DNA of 64,000 bases from Candidatus Poseidoniaceae archaeon (GTDB lineage: Archaea; Thermoplasmatota; Poseidoniia; Poseidoniales; Poseidoniaceae). Location: the NCBI GenBank assembly GCA_049623485.1, contig JBMZTB010000001.1, positions 5,387-69,386 on the forward strand, written 5' to 3'. Numbering within the stretch: position 1 is the stretch's first letter; the number at the start of each line of letters is the position of its first letter. The position numbers and the translations under genes were made by a program. The notes under the pieces are model-generated. The model made no database searches and was not told the DNA's origin. It saw only the letters and a list, made by a program, of their open reading frames with translations. Below are positions 1-9,522 of the stretch, piece after piece.

Positions 1-519
1 AGTGACCTCATCTTGATGTTGTAATGATCGCTCGCCAATGTGTTCAAGAGTTTCATCGACAGTGTCGGATAAGACCACAAAACCTCCTGATGCACTTGTT
101 GCCGTATCGATTGGACTTGCTCTTCCGCCCTGGGCGAATGCTTCTGCTTGATGAGATAATTGCCCTGCAATCCCTGCATCAACTTCTTCCTGCCTGAGTT
201 GCTGTAAAGCAGCAACTAAAGCAACAGACAACGCTGCTGATGAACCAAGACCAGAGGCAGTAGGGACATTGCCTCGTATTCGAATTTTAAGGGGTGGCAT
301 CACATTCTCTGGCCATAACTTTTCTTTGAGGAAATCGATATGGGGATGTTTTGAGAAATTCAAAATTCCTCCATCAAGTCGCCATGAATCGAATTTGTTC
401 TCCTCTTCTAGTTCAACAACCATTCGTTGGTTGATGCTGCATGCAACTGCAGGCTGTCCGTAAACGACGGCGTGCTCTCCGAAAAGAATACACTTTCCCG
501 GAGCACTCGCTTTCACCAT
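1..519 (-). CDS. mvk: mevalonate kinase (GHMP kinase); 3' end runs off the window
   Basis: Not in the ORF track; translated by hand from the ATG at 519: MVKASAPGKCILFGEHAVVYGQPAVA... with GHMP motif I (APGKxILFGEHAVVYG), ATP loop PTASGLGSSAA and GRASPID motif. Confidence 0.92.
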   Translation of the reverse strand, partial: MVKASAPGKCILFGEHAVVYGQPAVACSINQRMVVELEEENKFDSWRLDGGILNFSKHPHIDFLKEKLWPENVMPPLKIRIRGNVPTASGLGSSAALSVALVAALQQLRQEEVDAGIAGQLSHQAEAFAQGGRASPIDTATSASGGFVVLSDTVDETLEHIGERSLQHQDEVT

Positions 520-603
520 GGTTCATCCAGTCGTTTCACAATCATTAGGATTGGTATTGTTTCAATCGTTGGGTTGAAGGATTGAATGCGCTTGGGTTGG
601 CAT

Positions 604-2631
604 ATGATGGTCCATCCACTCGACGTTGACTATGCTGGAATCAAAGGGTATTACCTCCTTTTGATCCTCGGAGGTGTGTCGATTGCTTTCTTTTCTTATC
701 AAGTTCAGAAAGCCACACGATTGGTTCTTCTCGGAGCTCCAGACAAGCGATTTGATTCTTGGGGCAAGCGCTTGAAAGAAACGCTCACTGTTTGGCTTGG
801 CCAAAAGAAAGTCTTGGAGGATAAAGTAGCGGGAACAATGCACGTACTCATGTTCTGGGGCTTTTTGATGCTCTCTTCTGACATGCTCGATCTTGCAACA
901 GCAAATCGATTCAGTGAACATATCCTTCCAGATTTCTTGAATGGTATTTGGAATGGAATGGTTGAACTTGGATACACTAGCGCTCTTCTCGGTTGTTTCC
1001 TTGCTCTGAATCGCCGAGTTCTTTTTACTCCTGAGAAGTTGAAAGGAAAATCCCAACTCGAAGGGAATGTGATATTGCTTCTAATTATGACCATCTGTGT
1101 CACGTCCTACATTGTTGAAGCAGGGGAGAATCCAGACCCCACATGGGAAATGATCGGCGCATGGGTTGCTGATACCTTCTCACCAAGCCAAGGTGCGATT
1201 AATATTGCCTACTGGGCTCACATGGTTGCGATTTGCACATTCCTTTTCTTGATTCCACTTTCAAAGCACATGCACTTAGTCATGGCATTGCCAAACGTTG
1301 CCTTCTTTGATACAGAGCCAATGGCAAAAATGAGACCACTCGAAATAGATGAAAGTGGTTCTGCAGTCTCCTTGGATGATTTAGAACTGGAAACCTTCGG
1401 TGCGTCAACGTTTACACAACTCACGTGGAGAAGCCTCATCGATGGATGGGCCTGTACATCTTGTGCTCGTTGTCAAGACGTCTGTCCGGCTTATGCCTCG
1501 GGCAAATCGCTCAATCCAATGCAAATCATTCATGATGTACGCAATTATGCTAATGAACATTCATCGCAATTACTTGCTGGAGAAACACCAGACGAAGACA
1601 TCATCGCTAGGTTTGGGGAAGAAGCAGTCTGGGCATGTACAACATGTCATGCATGTGTCGATGTATGCCCTGTCAACATTGAGCACGTGCCCAAACTTAC
1701 CGATGCTCGCCGGCACCTCATGATGGAAAGAATGGAATTTGATGAATCTGTTGAGGACACCATAATGCCTCTTATGGCGACCATTGAGAACCTAGAATCC
1801 GATTCAAATCCTTACGGTTTGCCATCACATGAACGAGGAGATTGGGCCGCAGATCTTGATGTCAAGGTTGCAGAACCTGCTGAATACATCTATTTTGCTG
1901 GATGTGCAGCCTCCTTCGATGAGCGCAACAAAAAGGTTGCAAGAGATACGATTTCAATCATGAAAGAAGCAGGCTTAGATGTTGGCATCTTAGGAATGCA
2001 AGAAGGTTGCAGTGGGGACGCAGCAAGACGCGCTGGAAATGAATATCTCTTCCAAATGCTTGCTGAAACGAATTTAGAAACATTCAACGAACTTGGTGTA
2101 AAGAAAGTCGTCGCCTCATGTCCACATTGTTTCCATACTCTTGGCAAGGAATACAAGGACTATGGTGGAGAAGATATCGAAGTCATGCATCACTCACAAT
2201 TGATTGCTCATCTTCAAGGAGAAGGCAAACTACCTGAGCCGAAACATGATGGTTCCGTAACCTATCACGATCCATGTTATCTTGGGCGAATAGGCGGGGA
2301 ATACGATGCGCCACGAGAAATCATTGGTGGCGTGGATGTGGAAGCAGAGCGCCATGGGCGTGGTTCCTTCTGTTGTGGAGCAGGTGGCGCCCAGATGTGG
2401 ATGGAAGAATCAGTTCCAGAAGGAAATGACAGAGTCAATATTATTCGAGCCAAGGAACTTGCAGCAACTGGAGCAGATACTGTTGCAGTCGGATGTCCAT
2501 TCTGTTCTACAATGGTCACAGATGGGCTATCAGCAATTGATTCAAACATTGAGGTAAAAGATATTGCCGAACTCGTTTGGGAACAAATCAAATCAAACGA
2601 TGCTAAAATTGAAGCAGCAAAATCAGCATAG
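604..2631 (+). CDS. membrane-bound heterodisulfide-reductase-like Fe-S oxidoreductase (FadF/EtfD-like)
   Basis: N-terminal TM helices with His (MHVLMFWGF, YWAH, SKHMHL), two 4Fe-4S motifs (CTSCARCQDVCP, CTTCHACVDVCP), two CCG domains (CPHC, YHDPCYLGR, CCGAGG, CPFC). ORF opens at 586; ATG 604/607 more likely. Confidence 0.88.
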   Translation: MMVHPLDVDYAGIKGYYLLLILGGVSIAFFSYQVQKATRLVLLGAPDKRFDSWGKRLKETLTVWLGQKKVLEDKVAGTMHVLMFWGFLMLSSDMLDLATANRFSEHILPDFLNGIWNGMVELGYTSALLGCFLALNRRVLFTPEKLKGKSQLEGNVILLLIMTICVTSYIVEAGENPDPTWEMIGAWVADTFSPSQGAINIAYWAHMVAICTFLFLIPLSKHMHLVMALPNVAFFDTEPMAKMRPLEIDESGSAVSLDDLELETFGASTFTQLTWRSLIDGWACTSCARCQDVCPAYASGKSLNPMQIIHDVRNYANEHSSQLLAGETPDEDIIARFGEEAVWACTTCHACVDVCPVNIEHVPKLTDARRHLMMERMEFDESVEDTIMPLMATIENLESDSNPYGLPSHERGDWAADLDVKVAEPAEYIYFAGCAASFDERNKKVARDTISIMKEAGLDVGILGMQEGCSGDAARRAGNEYLFQMLAETNLETFNELGVKKVVASCPHCFHTLGKEYKDYGGEDIEVMHHSQLIAHLQGEGKLPEPKHDGSVTYHDPCYLGRIGGEYDAPREIIGGVDVEAERHGRGSFCCGAGGAQMWMEESVPEGNDRVNIIRAKELAATGADTVAVGCPFCSTMVTDGLSAIDSNIEVKDIAELVWEQIKSNDAKIEAAKSA

Positions 2632-2637
2632 ATCGTT

Positions 2638-3297
2638 ATGAAGCGCCTCCTTATTGTAGACTTACTTGCTGAACGTCAAGCATTTGGCGAGAAAGGATGT
2701 GAGGAAATCATCAGGCATTTCCCTGAACACGATGTTTTCCTATGGTCTCCTCACATCGAAAATCCTCGAACTTATCCATTCGGAACCAGAGTAAAACAAC
2801 CTGTAGAAACGGATGTGATCGTCATTACAGGAAGTCGCAAGAATGTCACTTCATGGGAACCATGGATGGATGCAGTCGTTTCTTTGATTCAGAATTCAGA
2901 AGCTGAAATACTGGGTATATGCTTTGGTCATCAAATCATCTGTGCAGCGTTTGGAGGCACGATTGAGCGAGATGACAAAAATCATGCCTTTATCACGGAG
3001 GTGACCTATCAAAACGGGACTAAGGTGAATCAATTATTCACGCACCAAGAATTCGTCACAAACAGCGGCGAGATGGACGTTATCGCTTCTACTGAGCATT
3101 GTAAAATTGCTGCCTGTCGTCATCCTACTCGCCCAATTCGTTCTGTCCAATTCCATCCAGAGGCAGTAAAGAATGTCCTGGATTATGCCCTTGAATGCGG
3201 GGATATGTCTGAATTAGAACGTCGCTCATTTGGTAATGCTGATCAAGATCTAGATGTCGCCTCTGCATTGATTGATGCGGAGGCGATGGCCAATTGA
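2638..3297 (+). CDS. class I glutamine amidotransferase-like protein
   Basis: LGICFGHQ nucleophile motif, VQFHPE triad motif, ITGS. Confidence 0.88.
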   Translation: MKRLLIVDLLAERQAFGEKGCEEIIRHFPEHDVFLWSPHIENPRTYPFGTRVKQPVETDVIVITGSRKNVTSWEPWMDAVVSLIQNSEAEILGICFGHQIICAAFGGTIERDDKNHAFITEVTYQNGTKVNQLFTHQEFVTNSGEMDVIASTEHCKIAACRHPTRPIRSVQFHPEAVKNVLDYALECGDMSELERRSFGNADQDLDVASALIDAEAMAN

Positions 3298-4241
3298 ATC
3301 AAGATGCTCTTTTGAAGTGGTTTGACAAAAATCAACGGGCATTGCCGTGGCGAAAGAACCCCTCGCCTTGGTCAATTTTATTGTCCGAAATTCTTCTTCA
3401 ACAAACCCAAATGGAACGAGGCGTGGAATATCATCAGAGATTGTTTGAGCGATTTCCAACTCCTTCCTCAATGGCTGAATCTGAGGTGGATGAAGTTCTC
3501 TTCTTGTGGCAAGGGGCGGGATATTACTCTAGGGCAAGAAGACTTCATTCTCTATCTCAAATTGTCGTAAACGATTACGGAGGAGTTCTTCCTTCGATGT
3601 ATGATGACCTTCTGGCTCTGCCTGGTATTGGGCCATACACTGCTGCTGCGGTTGCCTCGATTGCATTCAATCATCCCGTTGCGTGCGTTGACGGAAATGT
3701 CCGTCGAGTGATGGCTCGTCAAACAAATAACGAAAATCCAACTGTAAAAGATGTTCAAGAATTTGCTGATGTGAATCTTTTTCGAGATCATCCTGGGGAT
3801 TGGAATCAGGCGATGATGGAACTAGGTGCCATGATTTGCCGGCCAAGAAATCCATTGTGTGATGCTTGTCCAGTACGGATGAGTTGCAAAGGAACCTTTC
3901 GAGCAAACGAATTGCCCCAGCCAAAGAAAAAAAAGAAGAAAAATGTTGAACTTCAATGTATTCTCAAGATTGATTCTCAAGGTCGACCAGAATTGATACA
4001 ACGGCCCAATTCGGGACTATTTGCAGGTCTTTGGGGTCCTCAAATTGCAGATGAACTCGATACGAAAGGGCTTGACTATCTAGGTTCTATTCGGCACGTT
4101 CTATCGCATCGAGTAATGATGATTCATGTTTGGAAGGATTCATGCGAACAAGGGATTGACCCTCATACAGTTGCTCTTTCAACGCTCGATCGACGTATCT
4201 TGGCCCTTGCCGGTGTGTTCTTTGATGTCCCATTGGAATGA
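3294..4241 (+). CDS. mutY: A/G-specific adenine glycosylase
   Basis: RALPWR, SEILLQQT, WQGAGYYSRAR, HhH LPGIGPYTA, VDGNVRRV, Fe-S motif CRPRNPLCDACP; TTG start overlapping the upstream stop. Confidence 0.93.
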   Translation: MNQDALLKWFDKNQRALPWRKNPSPWSILLSEILLQQTQMERGVEYHQRLFERFPTPSSMAESEVDEVLFLWQGAGYYSRARRLHSLSQIVVNDYGGVLPSMYDDLLALPGIGPYTAAAVASIAFNHPVACVDGNVRRVMARQTNNENPTVKDVQEFADVNLFRDHPGDWNQAMMELGAMICRPRNPLCDACPVRMSCKGTFRANELPQPKKKKKKNVELQCILKIDSQGRPELIQRPNSGLFAGLWGPQIADELDTKGLDYLGSIRHVLSHRVMMIHVWKDSCEQGIDPHTVALSTLDRRILALAGVFFDVPLE

Positions 4242-4922
4242 AGCTAAACATCCGATAAGACCGAAGAAAAGCAGGTATTCTGCTGGAGCAGCATAATTTA
4301 CCCACGGTTGTAGATAGTCCAATCCAATCTCTGAAGAATGAACGCCTAATTCCTCTTCCCCAGATTTGACTCCATCACGAAGTGATAATGACATCACCAG
4401 CAGGGATGTAAAAGCGATCAGTAACGAATAGATACGAACTTTTCGCCCCTTTGATGGTGATTTTGGTAATGAGAAATGCGTTGCAAACGCCCATGCAAAA
4501 CCTCCATGGAAGACCACAATAGCTGTGTAAATATGAATTTCGAGATTTTGTTCCATTGTGACAAATGCTAGGACTGCAAGGTGTGTTGAGGTCGCTAATC
4601 CACACAATAAAGCGACAAGATGCAACTTAGGTGAAGCAATAGGTTTGAACAAAATGTACAGTCGGAATGACACTACAATCTGAATCATTGCGGATAAGAA
4701 AAGACCTATTGAGAAGACATGATCTTCCATCCCTGGATGATCGGTTTCTGATATGAAAAAGGGGATGTCTCGATAATTTCCTGAAAAATAATGAATCAGC
4801 GTTGCAAATAAAACAGATACGGTTGGGAGTATCCAAGAGATTTGAATTAGTCGAGTATCCTTAAGACGTCGGTTGAAGATTTTAATTCCATCATCTGAAG
4901 TGAAATTAAACATGAGCCTCAT
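4179..4922 (-). CDS. Frag1/DRAM/Sfk1-like six-TM membrane protein
   Basis: PFFISET..P..E..VFSIGL, IHIYTAIVVF and C-terminal AEYLLFF...LASFQWD match the pattern of the DRAM/TMEM150/PGAP2 family as I recall it. Confidence 0.65.
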   Translation of the reverse strand: MRLMFNFTSDDGIKIFNRRLKDTRLIQISWILPTVSVLFATLIHYFSGNYRDIPFFISETDHPGMEDHVFSIGLFLSAMIQIVVSFRLYILFKPIASPKLHLVALLCGLATSTHLAVLAFVTMEQNLEIHIYTAIVVFHGGFAWAFATHFSLPKSPSKGRKVRIYSLLIAFTSLLVMSLSLRDGVKSGEEELGVHSSEIGLDYLQPWVNYAAPAEYLLFFGLIGCLASFQWDIKEHTGKGQDTSIER

Positions 4923-4987
4923 GTGTGCCTAACTGATGTTGCGTATGAACCTTCAAGTGAGAGAGATTACACCGTCTACTTGTTCAG

Positions 4988-6475
4988 ATGCCACTCCGCC
5001 TTCACGATACCCGCCGTAAAGATAAAGTCGATTTCACGACACAATCTCCTGGAAAGGTAGGAATGTATGTTTGCGGAGTAACGGTTTACGACCGCTGTCA
5101 TTTAGGTCATGCACGATGTTACATTGCGTTTGATTTGATCCACCGTTGGCTTGAAGCATCAGGTTATGATGTTGATTACGTTCAGAATTTCACGGATATC
5201 GATGACAAAATCATCAAGCGGTCTATTGAATCTGGAGAAGACTGGAAAGCATTGGTTGATAGGAACATAGAAACCTATTACGAAGATATGGATTCTCTTA
5301 ACATCCTTCGAGCAGACCATTATCCAAGATGTACTGAATATGTCGACTCAATGATTCATATCATCGAGGACTTGATTCAGAAAGGCCATGCATATGCTGC
5401 AAATGACGGCGTTTATTTCCATGTTGAATCTGCTCCAGAGAAGTATGGTTTACTCACAGGACAATCAATCGATGCAGTTCGCCAAGGTGCTGGCGGGAGA
5501 GTCCAAGGAACTGGAGATAGCAAGCGTGATCACAAAGATTTCGCATTGTGGAAACAAGCTAAACCAGGTGAACCGACATGGCCTTCACCATGGGGTGAGG
5601 GTCGTCCAGGATGGCATATTGAATGCAGTGCAATGAGCCTCGACCATTTTGGTGTCTCCTTTGACATCCACGGGGGAGGACATGATTTGAGATTCCCTCA
5701 TCATGAAGCTGAAATTTTCCAAAGCGAATGCCACACGGGTCATTCGCCTTTAGCGGGATATTGGCTTCACAATGGTTTTGTCAATATTGATGGAGAGAAG
5801 ATGAGTAAATCACTTGGCAACTTTTGGACAATTCAAGAGATTCGAAAGAAGATTGATCCAATGGTGTTGAGATTCGCTTTGGTCAATGCCCACTATCGCT
5901 CTCCCATCGACATGAATGAACAACTCTTGAAAGATGCTCAGCGTAATTATAACCGTATTCTTGGTGCTTATGCATCTGCCCTTCAAGGATGCACTGAAGG
6001 GCAAAGTCATGCTTTACCTCCAGCCGATATCACTAGTATGAATCCCCTCTCAAAGTCTCTTGGCCTACTTGAAAAGATGGGAGAAGGATTTGCCTTAGCA
6101 ATGGATGATGATTTTAACAGCCGCGAAGCTGTAGCAAAAGTCCTTGCGGCAACAAAAGAACTCCAACGTATTCTCTCAATGGAACTTGATGAAGGAGATT
6201 CGAGAGCAGTCGCAAACTATGCGAAAGTTTGGTTGGAAGAAACAGCAGGACAAATTCTAGGAATCCTGCCAGCACCTGAGGTTGTACTTGCAGAACCAGA
6301 AGAAGACCCGAGAAGGGCTGAAATCGCTCCGAAAGTTGAACAACTTTTGACACAAAGAACTGAGGCAAGAAGCAACAAAGATTGGCCACGTGCTGATGCG
6401 ATTCGGGACGAATTAGCCGAATTAGGAGTGGTTGTAAAAGACACGCCAGAAGGTCCAACGTGGGACTTTTCTTGA
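4988..6475 (+). CDS. cysS: cysteine--tRNA ligase
   Basis: [50 protein letters not shown]. Confidence 0.98.
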   Translation: MPLRLHDTRRKDKVDFTTQSPGKVGMYVCGVTVYDRCHLGHARCYIAFDLIHRWLEASGYDVDYVQNFTDIDDKIIKRSIESGEDWKALVDRNIETYYEDMDSLNILRADHYPRCTEYVDSMIHIIEDLIQKGHAYAANDGVYFHVESAPEKYGLLTGQSIDAVRQGAGGRVQGTGDSKRDHKDFALWKQAKPGEPTWPSPWGEGRPGWHIECSAMSLDHFGVSFDIHGGGHDLRFPHHEAEIFQSECHTGHSPLAGYWLHNGFVNIDGEKMSKSLGNFWTIQEIRKKIDPMVLRFALVNAHYRSPIDMNEQLLKDAQRNYNRILGAYASALQGCTEGQSHALPPADITSMNPLSKSLGLLEKMGEGFALAMDDDFNSREAVAKVLAATKELQRILSMELDEGDSRAVANYAKVWLEETAGQILGILPAPEVVLAEPEEDPRRAEIAPKVEQLLTQRTEARSNKDWPRADAIRDELAELGVVVKDTPEGPTWDFS

Positions 6476-9016
6476 TCACTCTTCTTCCAGATTAGCACTT
6501 GGTGGTGGAGCTAATGGAGGCATCTCAGGCACAAAGTTGTAAGATTCACTTTCCCATTCTTTTTCGATGAGCACTGTTTGATCTTCACTGAAGACCTTCT
6601 CTTCTTCACTCTCTCGAGTCAAGAGCCCAATAGCAACAAGCAGTATGACGACAATAATCAGGAGAAGAGTTCCAGGGCCTATCAGCGAATCCTCTTCTGC
6701 CTTTGTGTCTGAAATATCGTCTCCAAGAATGCAATTAGGAGGACAATCATCTCGGCCAGAATCTCCTGTTTCATTGGTCTCTCCGTTGTTGTTTGGATCG
6801 ACTGGGTCAACTGGATCAACTGGATCAACAGGGTCGACTGGTGTTGTTGAGCCTCCTGTTCCGTCTTGCGGGTTGAAGACAACATTCACTCCTGTGCGTT
6901 GACCATTCTCCATCGGGACTTCATAATAATCGTATAGAACATCCAAATTGACGTGGGTATTTGCATGGTTTGAAGTCTCGATGATGTTGAAGTGACGGGT
7001 GTCCCCAGTTGTGAAAATATTATTCAGAACATTTCCTTGCATGGAACTGTAACTGTCTGTATTTGCTGACCATGTTGAGTCAATATCTGCAGGGTTTAGT
7101 GCCATTGCCATTTCCATGTTGCTCAGGATTGTACTCCATGATTGTGTACCTTCTGGAATGGATCGGTCCGTTACATCGACTGCCTTGTCGAAACCGGGTC
7201 CTGTAACTGTTTCCCAATCATTGCCCTTTAATTCAGTCATGATATCGATATCTCCCCAAACTGGTTGGCCATTGACCAATGTTAAGCGGACATCTGCATC
7301 AATGGCTTCGATGAGATTTCGGTAAGGATCTTCATGGAAGTTATCGATAACAACCAGATCTGCATACAAGCCTGCGTTTACTCTTCCAACAAACTGGTCC
7401 CAATTATTTGCCAATGCTGGATTCTTTGTTGTCATTGCTGCAAGCTCGTAATCAGAGAAGTATCCGTTGAGCGCTTGCTTATTCCATACATCTGCAACCT
7501 TGAGTTCATGAAGAACGTTCTTTGAACCGCTTGGGCCCCAGTCAGGAGCAAGAGAAATTCGAACTCCCGCCTGATCAGCCGCAACAACATCCGTTGTATT
7601 TCCATACAAAAGGAGGTTTGACAACGGGGACCATGCCAAGTCTGCTCCGACCTGCCCCATCATTGCAAATTCGGTGGCAGTCAAAGCAGTACCATGAACG
7701 ACAACCAATTCTCCAACGAGAAGGTTGTTTTCTACCAGCACATCAAATTCAGCCCGGCTGACTTCGTCAACACCTTCGGAAAGGTGGAGATACCATGCAT
7801 TGAGATCTCCTGAATTGTTTCCATTTTTGATGTGACTTCCGACATAATCTCCTTCAAGAGTTGTTACTTTGGTGTGAATATCATCGCCGCCAAAGTTGTA
7901 CAATTCGATGTTTCTTGAGAGCATGCTGTCCCAAGCATCAGTGTTGGAACTTGGAGAACCCTGAACGGCTGTGACGCCGCCCGCTACTGCCATAACCTCT
8001 GCATACTTCATTTGCTCATCAGCCATGTTCCACATACTGCCACCTTGGACAAAGGTCTTCATCCATGAAATATCTCGCTTGTAGTTTGGATTGTTCTTCC
8101 ATTGATTTCTGTTTGAATACCCGCCTTCGTCTGATTTTGTTGACGTATGTACGTCAAAATCCCAAAGCGGGATATGGTTGTAATGCATATGATTGTGGGA
8201 ATCGATGAGGCCTGGATAAATGGTTCCGTTCGTGTCTACAACGGGAACATCAGTAAGGTCAACATTGGAGGGTATTGTGTCGCCCCAAACCGCCTGTATC
8301 ATTCCATTTCGGATGAGGACATTCCCTTCGTTGATGACATCAGATTCAGCATTCATTGTTACAACACGGCCTTGGAGGACCATCGCATCGACTCTACCAC
8401 CATCGCTGATTCCGAAGCAGCCGACCATGTTTTGCGCAGATGAGAACGATTCACCTTCAGCATATCCTGGTGTCGGAGGACGAACTTTCCAAATCGTACC
8501 ATTTTCAAGTGGAATGTAGGAATTTCCATACCACGAATCTTCTGCTGGATAAGAGAGTTCATCGATAAGAGTTCCACTTGTATCCGTGAGTGATACGCTG
8601 TCTCCATCAAAATAGTCGAGTTCAATTCGAGATGCATTGATAAAAATAGAGATGTATCCATTTGCAGGAATCACTGTATTCCTTGCTATTTGACAAGGGG
8701 CACTGCCACCGTCTGGCTTGTCGTCAAGAACCCAGTCTGAGACGTTGATGGCTTGGGAAGTTGGATTATGAAGTTCGATAAATTGATCAGAAAATTTCCC
8801 ATATTCTCCGTCTGCATTCCAATCCGTAGCGTTGTAACAGTTGGTACACGTTTCGTTATTTTTCATACCATTAGGAGAAACAAGGATTTCAGAGATGATC
8901 ACAGAGTTGCTCTCTCCTGCAGATTCCACAGTTGGGCTGTCGAGCAACATTGAAGTCGGTGAAGCCGAAGTGAAGAGGAAAATTAAAACAGCACTGAGTA
9001 CGAGTGTTCGGCTCAT
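6476..9016 (-). CDS. secreted, C-terminally anchored lamin-tail-domain + amidohydrolase-family protein
   Basis: Signal peptide MSRTLVLSAVLIFL (ORF opens at 9082); LTD pattern VIISEIL...QFIELHNPT...VSDWVLDD; amidohydrolase motifs PGLIDSHNH, HLSEG, VHGT, LAPDW, ADLVV; PVD linker; C-terminal TM and acidic/Pro tail. Confidence 0.82.
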   Translation of the reverse strand: MSRTLVLSAVLIFLFTSASPTSMLLDSPTVESAGESNSVIISEILVSPNGMKNNETCTNCYNATDWNADGEYGKFSDQFIELHNPTSQAINVSDWVLDDKPDGGSAPCQIARNTVIPANGYISIFINASRIELDYFDGDSVSLTDTSGTLIDELSYPAEDSWYGNSYIPLENGTIWKVRPPTPGYAEGESFSSAQNMVGCFGISDGGRVDAMVLQGRVVTMNAESDVINEGNVLIRNGMIQAVWGDTIPSNVDLTDVPVVDTNGTIYPGLIDSHNHMHYNHIPLWDFDVHTSTKSDEGGYSNRNQWKNNPNYKRDISWMKTFVQGGSMWNMADEQMKYAEVMAVAGGVTAVQGSPSSNTDAWDSMLSRNIELYNFGGDDIHTKVTTLEGDYVGSHIKNGNNSGDLNAWYLHLSEGVDEVSRAEFDVLVENNLLVGELVVVHGTALTATEFAMMGQVGADLAWSPLSNLLLYGNTTDVVAADQAGVRISLAPDWGPSGSKNVLHELKVADVWNKQALNGYFSDYELAAMTTKNPALANNWDQFVGRVNAGLYADLVVIDNFHEDPYRNLIEAIDADVRLTLVNGQPVWGDIDIMTELKGNDWETVTGPGFDKAVDVTDRSIPEGTQSWSTILSNMEMAMALNPADIDSTWSANTDSYSSMQGNVLNNIFTTGDTRHFNIIETSNHANTHVNLDVLYDYYEVPMENGQRTGVNVVFNPQDGTGGSTTPVDPVDPVDPVDPVDPNNNGETNETGDSGRDDCPPNCILGDDISDTKAEEDSLIGPGTLLLIIVVILLVAIGLLTRESEEEKVFSEDQTVLIEKEWESESYNFVPEMPPLAPPPSANLEEE
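6794..6841 (-). repeat. 9-bp tandem repeat encoding a (PVD)5 linker
   Basis: ggatcgactgggtcaactggatcaactggatcaacagggtcgactgg; protein TTPVDPVDPVDPVDPVDPN. Confidence 0.85.
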
Positions 9017-9108
9017 ATTCTTGGGGGTGCGTTCCAGCACATGAATCCGCCGATGCTCCATCGTGGTATAATGCATGAGCAAATATACTCCAAACTACAG
9101 GGAGGGGT

Positions 9109-9483
9109 ATGGCGACAGTAACGATGCATGAATCTTCTTTCAATGAAATCATTGGAGAAAACAAACTCGTAATTATTGATTTTTGGGCAGAGTGGTGTGG
9201 TCCTTGCAGAGCCTATGCTCCAGTATTCGAAGGCGTATCAGAAGAATTTCCAGATGTTGTATTTGCAAAGGTAGATACCGAGGCTGAGCAAGCACTTGCG
9301 GGTTCTTTCGGTATTCGATCCATTCCTACGACAGTAGCGTTCAAAGATGGCATAGGAGTGTTCATGCAACCTGGTGCTCTTCCCGAGGATGCACTTCGAG
9401 ACCTCATAGGAAAACTACAATCTCTCGACATGGACGAAGTGCGAGCTGAACTTGAAGCTCAGGAAGCCAACGAGTCATCATGA
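9109..9483 (+). CDS. trxA: thioredoxin
   Basis: IDFWAEWCGPC, GIRSIPT. Confidence 0.95.
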   Translation: MATVTMHESSFNEIIGENKLVIIDFWAEWCGPCRAYAPVFEGVSEEFPDVVFAKVDTEAEQALAGSFGIRSIPTTVAFKDGIGVFMQPGALPEDALRDLIGKLQSLDMDEVRAELEAQEANESS

Positions 9484-9522
9484 TGCGCAAAGCGTCATAT
9501 GTTTGTCCCTTAACCGATAACC

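Noticed and set aside
269..463. 64-aa plus-strand ORF, and the many other short ORFs in the track nested in or antisense to long genes
   Set aside because: Shadow ORFs of well-supported genes (here mvk on the minus strand) with no recognisable motifs.
3923..3943. A-rich tract in mutY as a possible phase-variation or slippage site
   Set aside because: Encodes an in-frame Lys run in the linker where MutY normally has basic residues; the frame is intact.
6794..6841. Short tandem repeat as a possible CRISPR or mobile-element repeat
   Set aside because: 9-bp coding unit with synonymous variation and no spacers; no CRISPR array or cas gene seen anywhere in the window.
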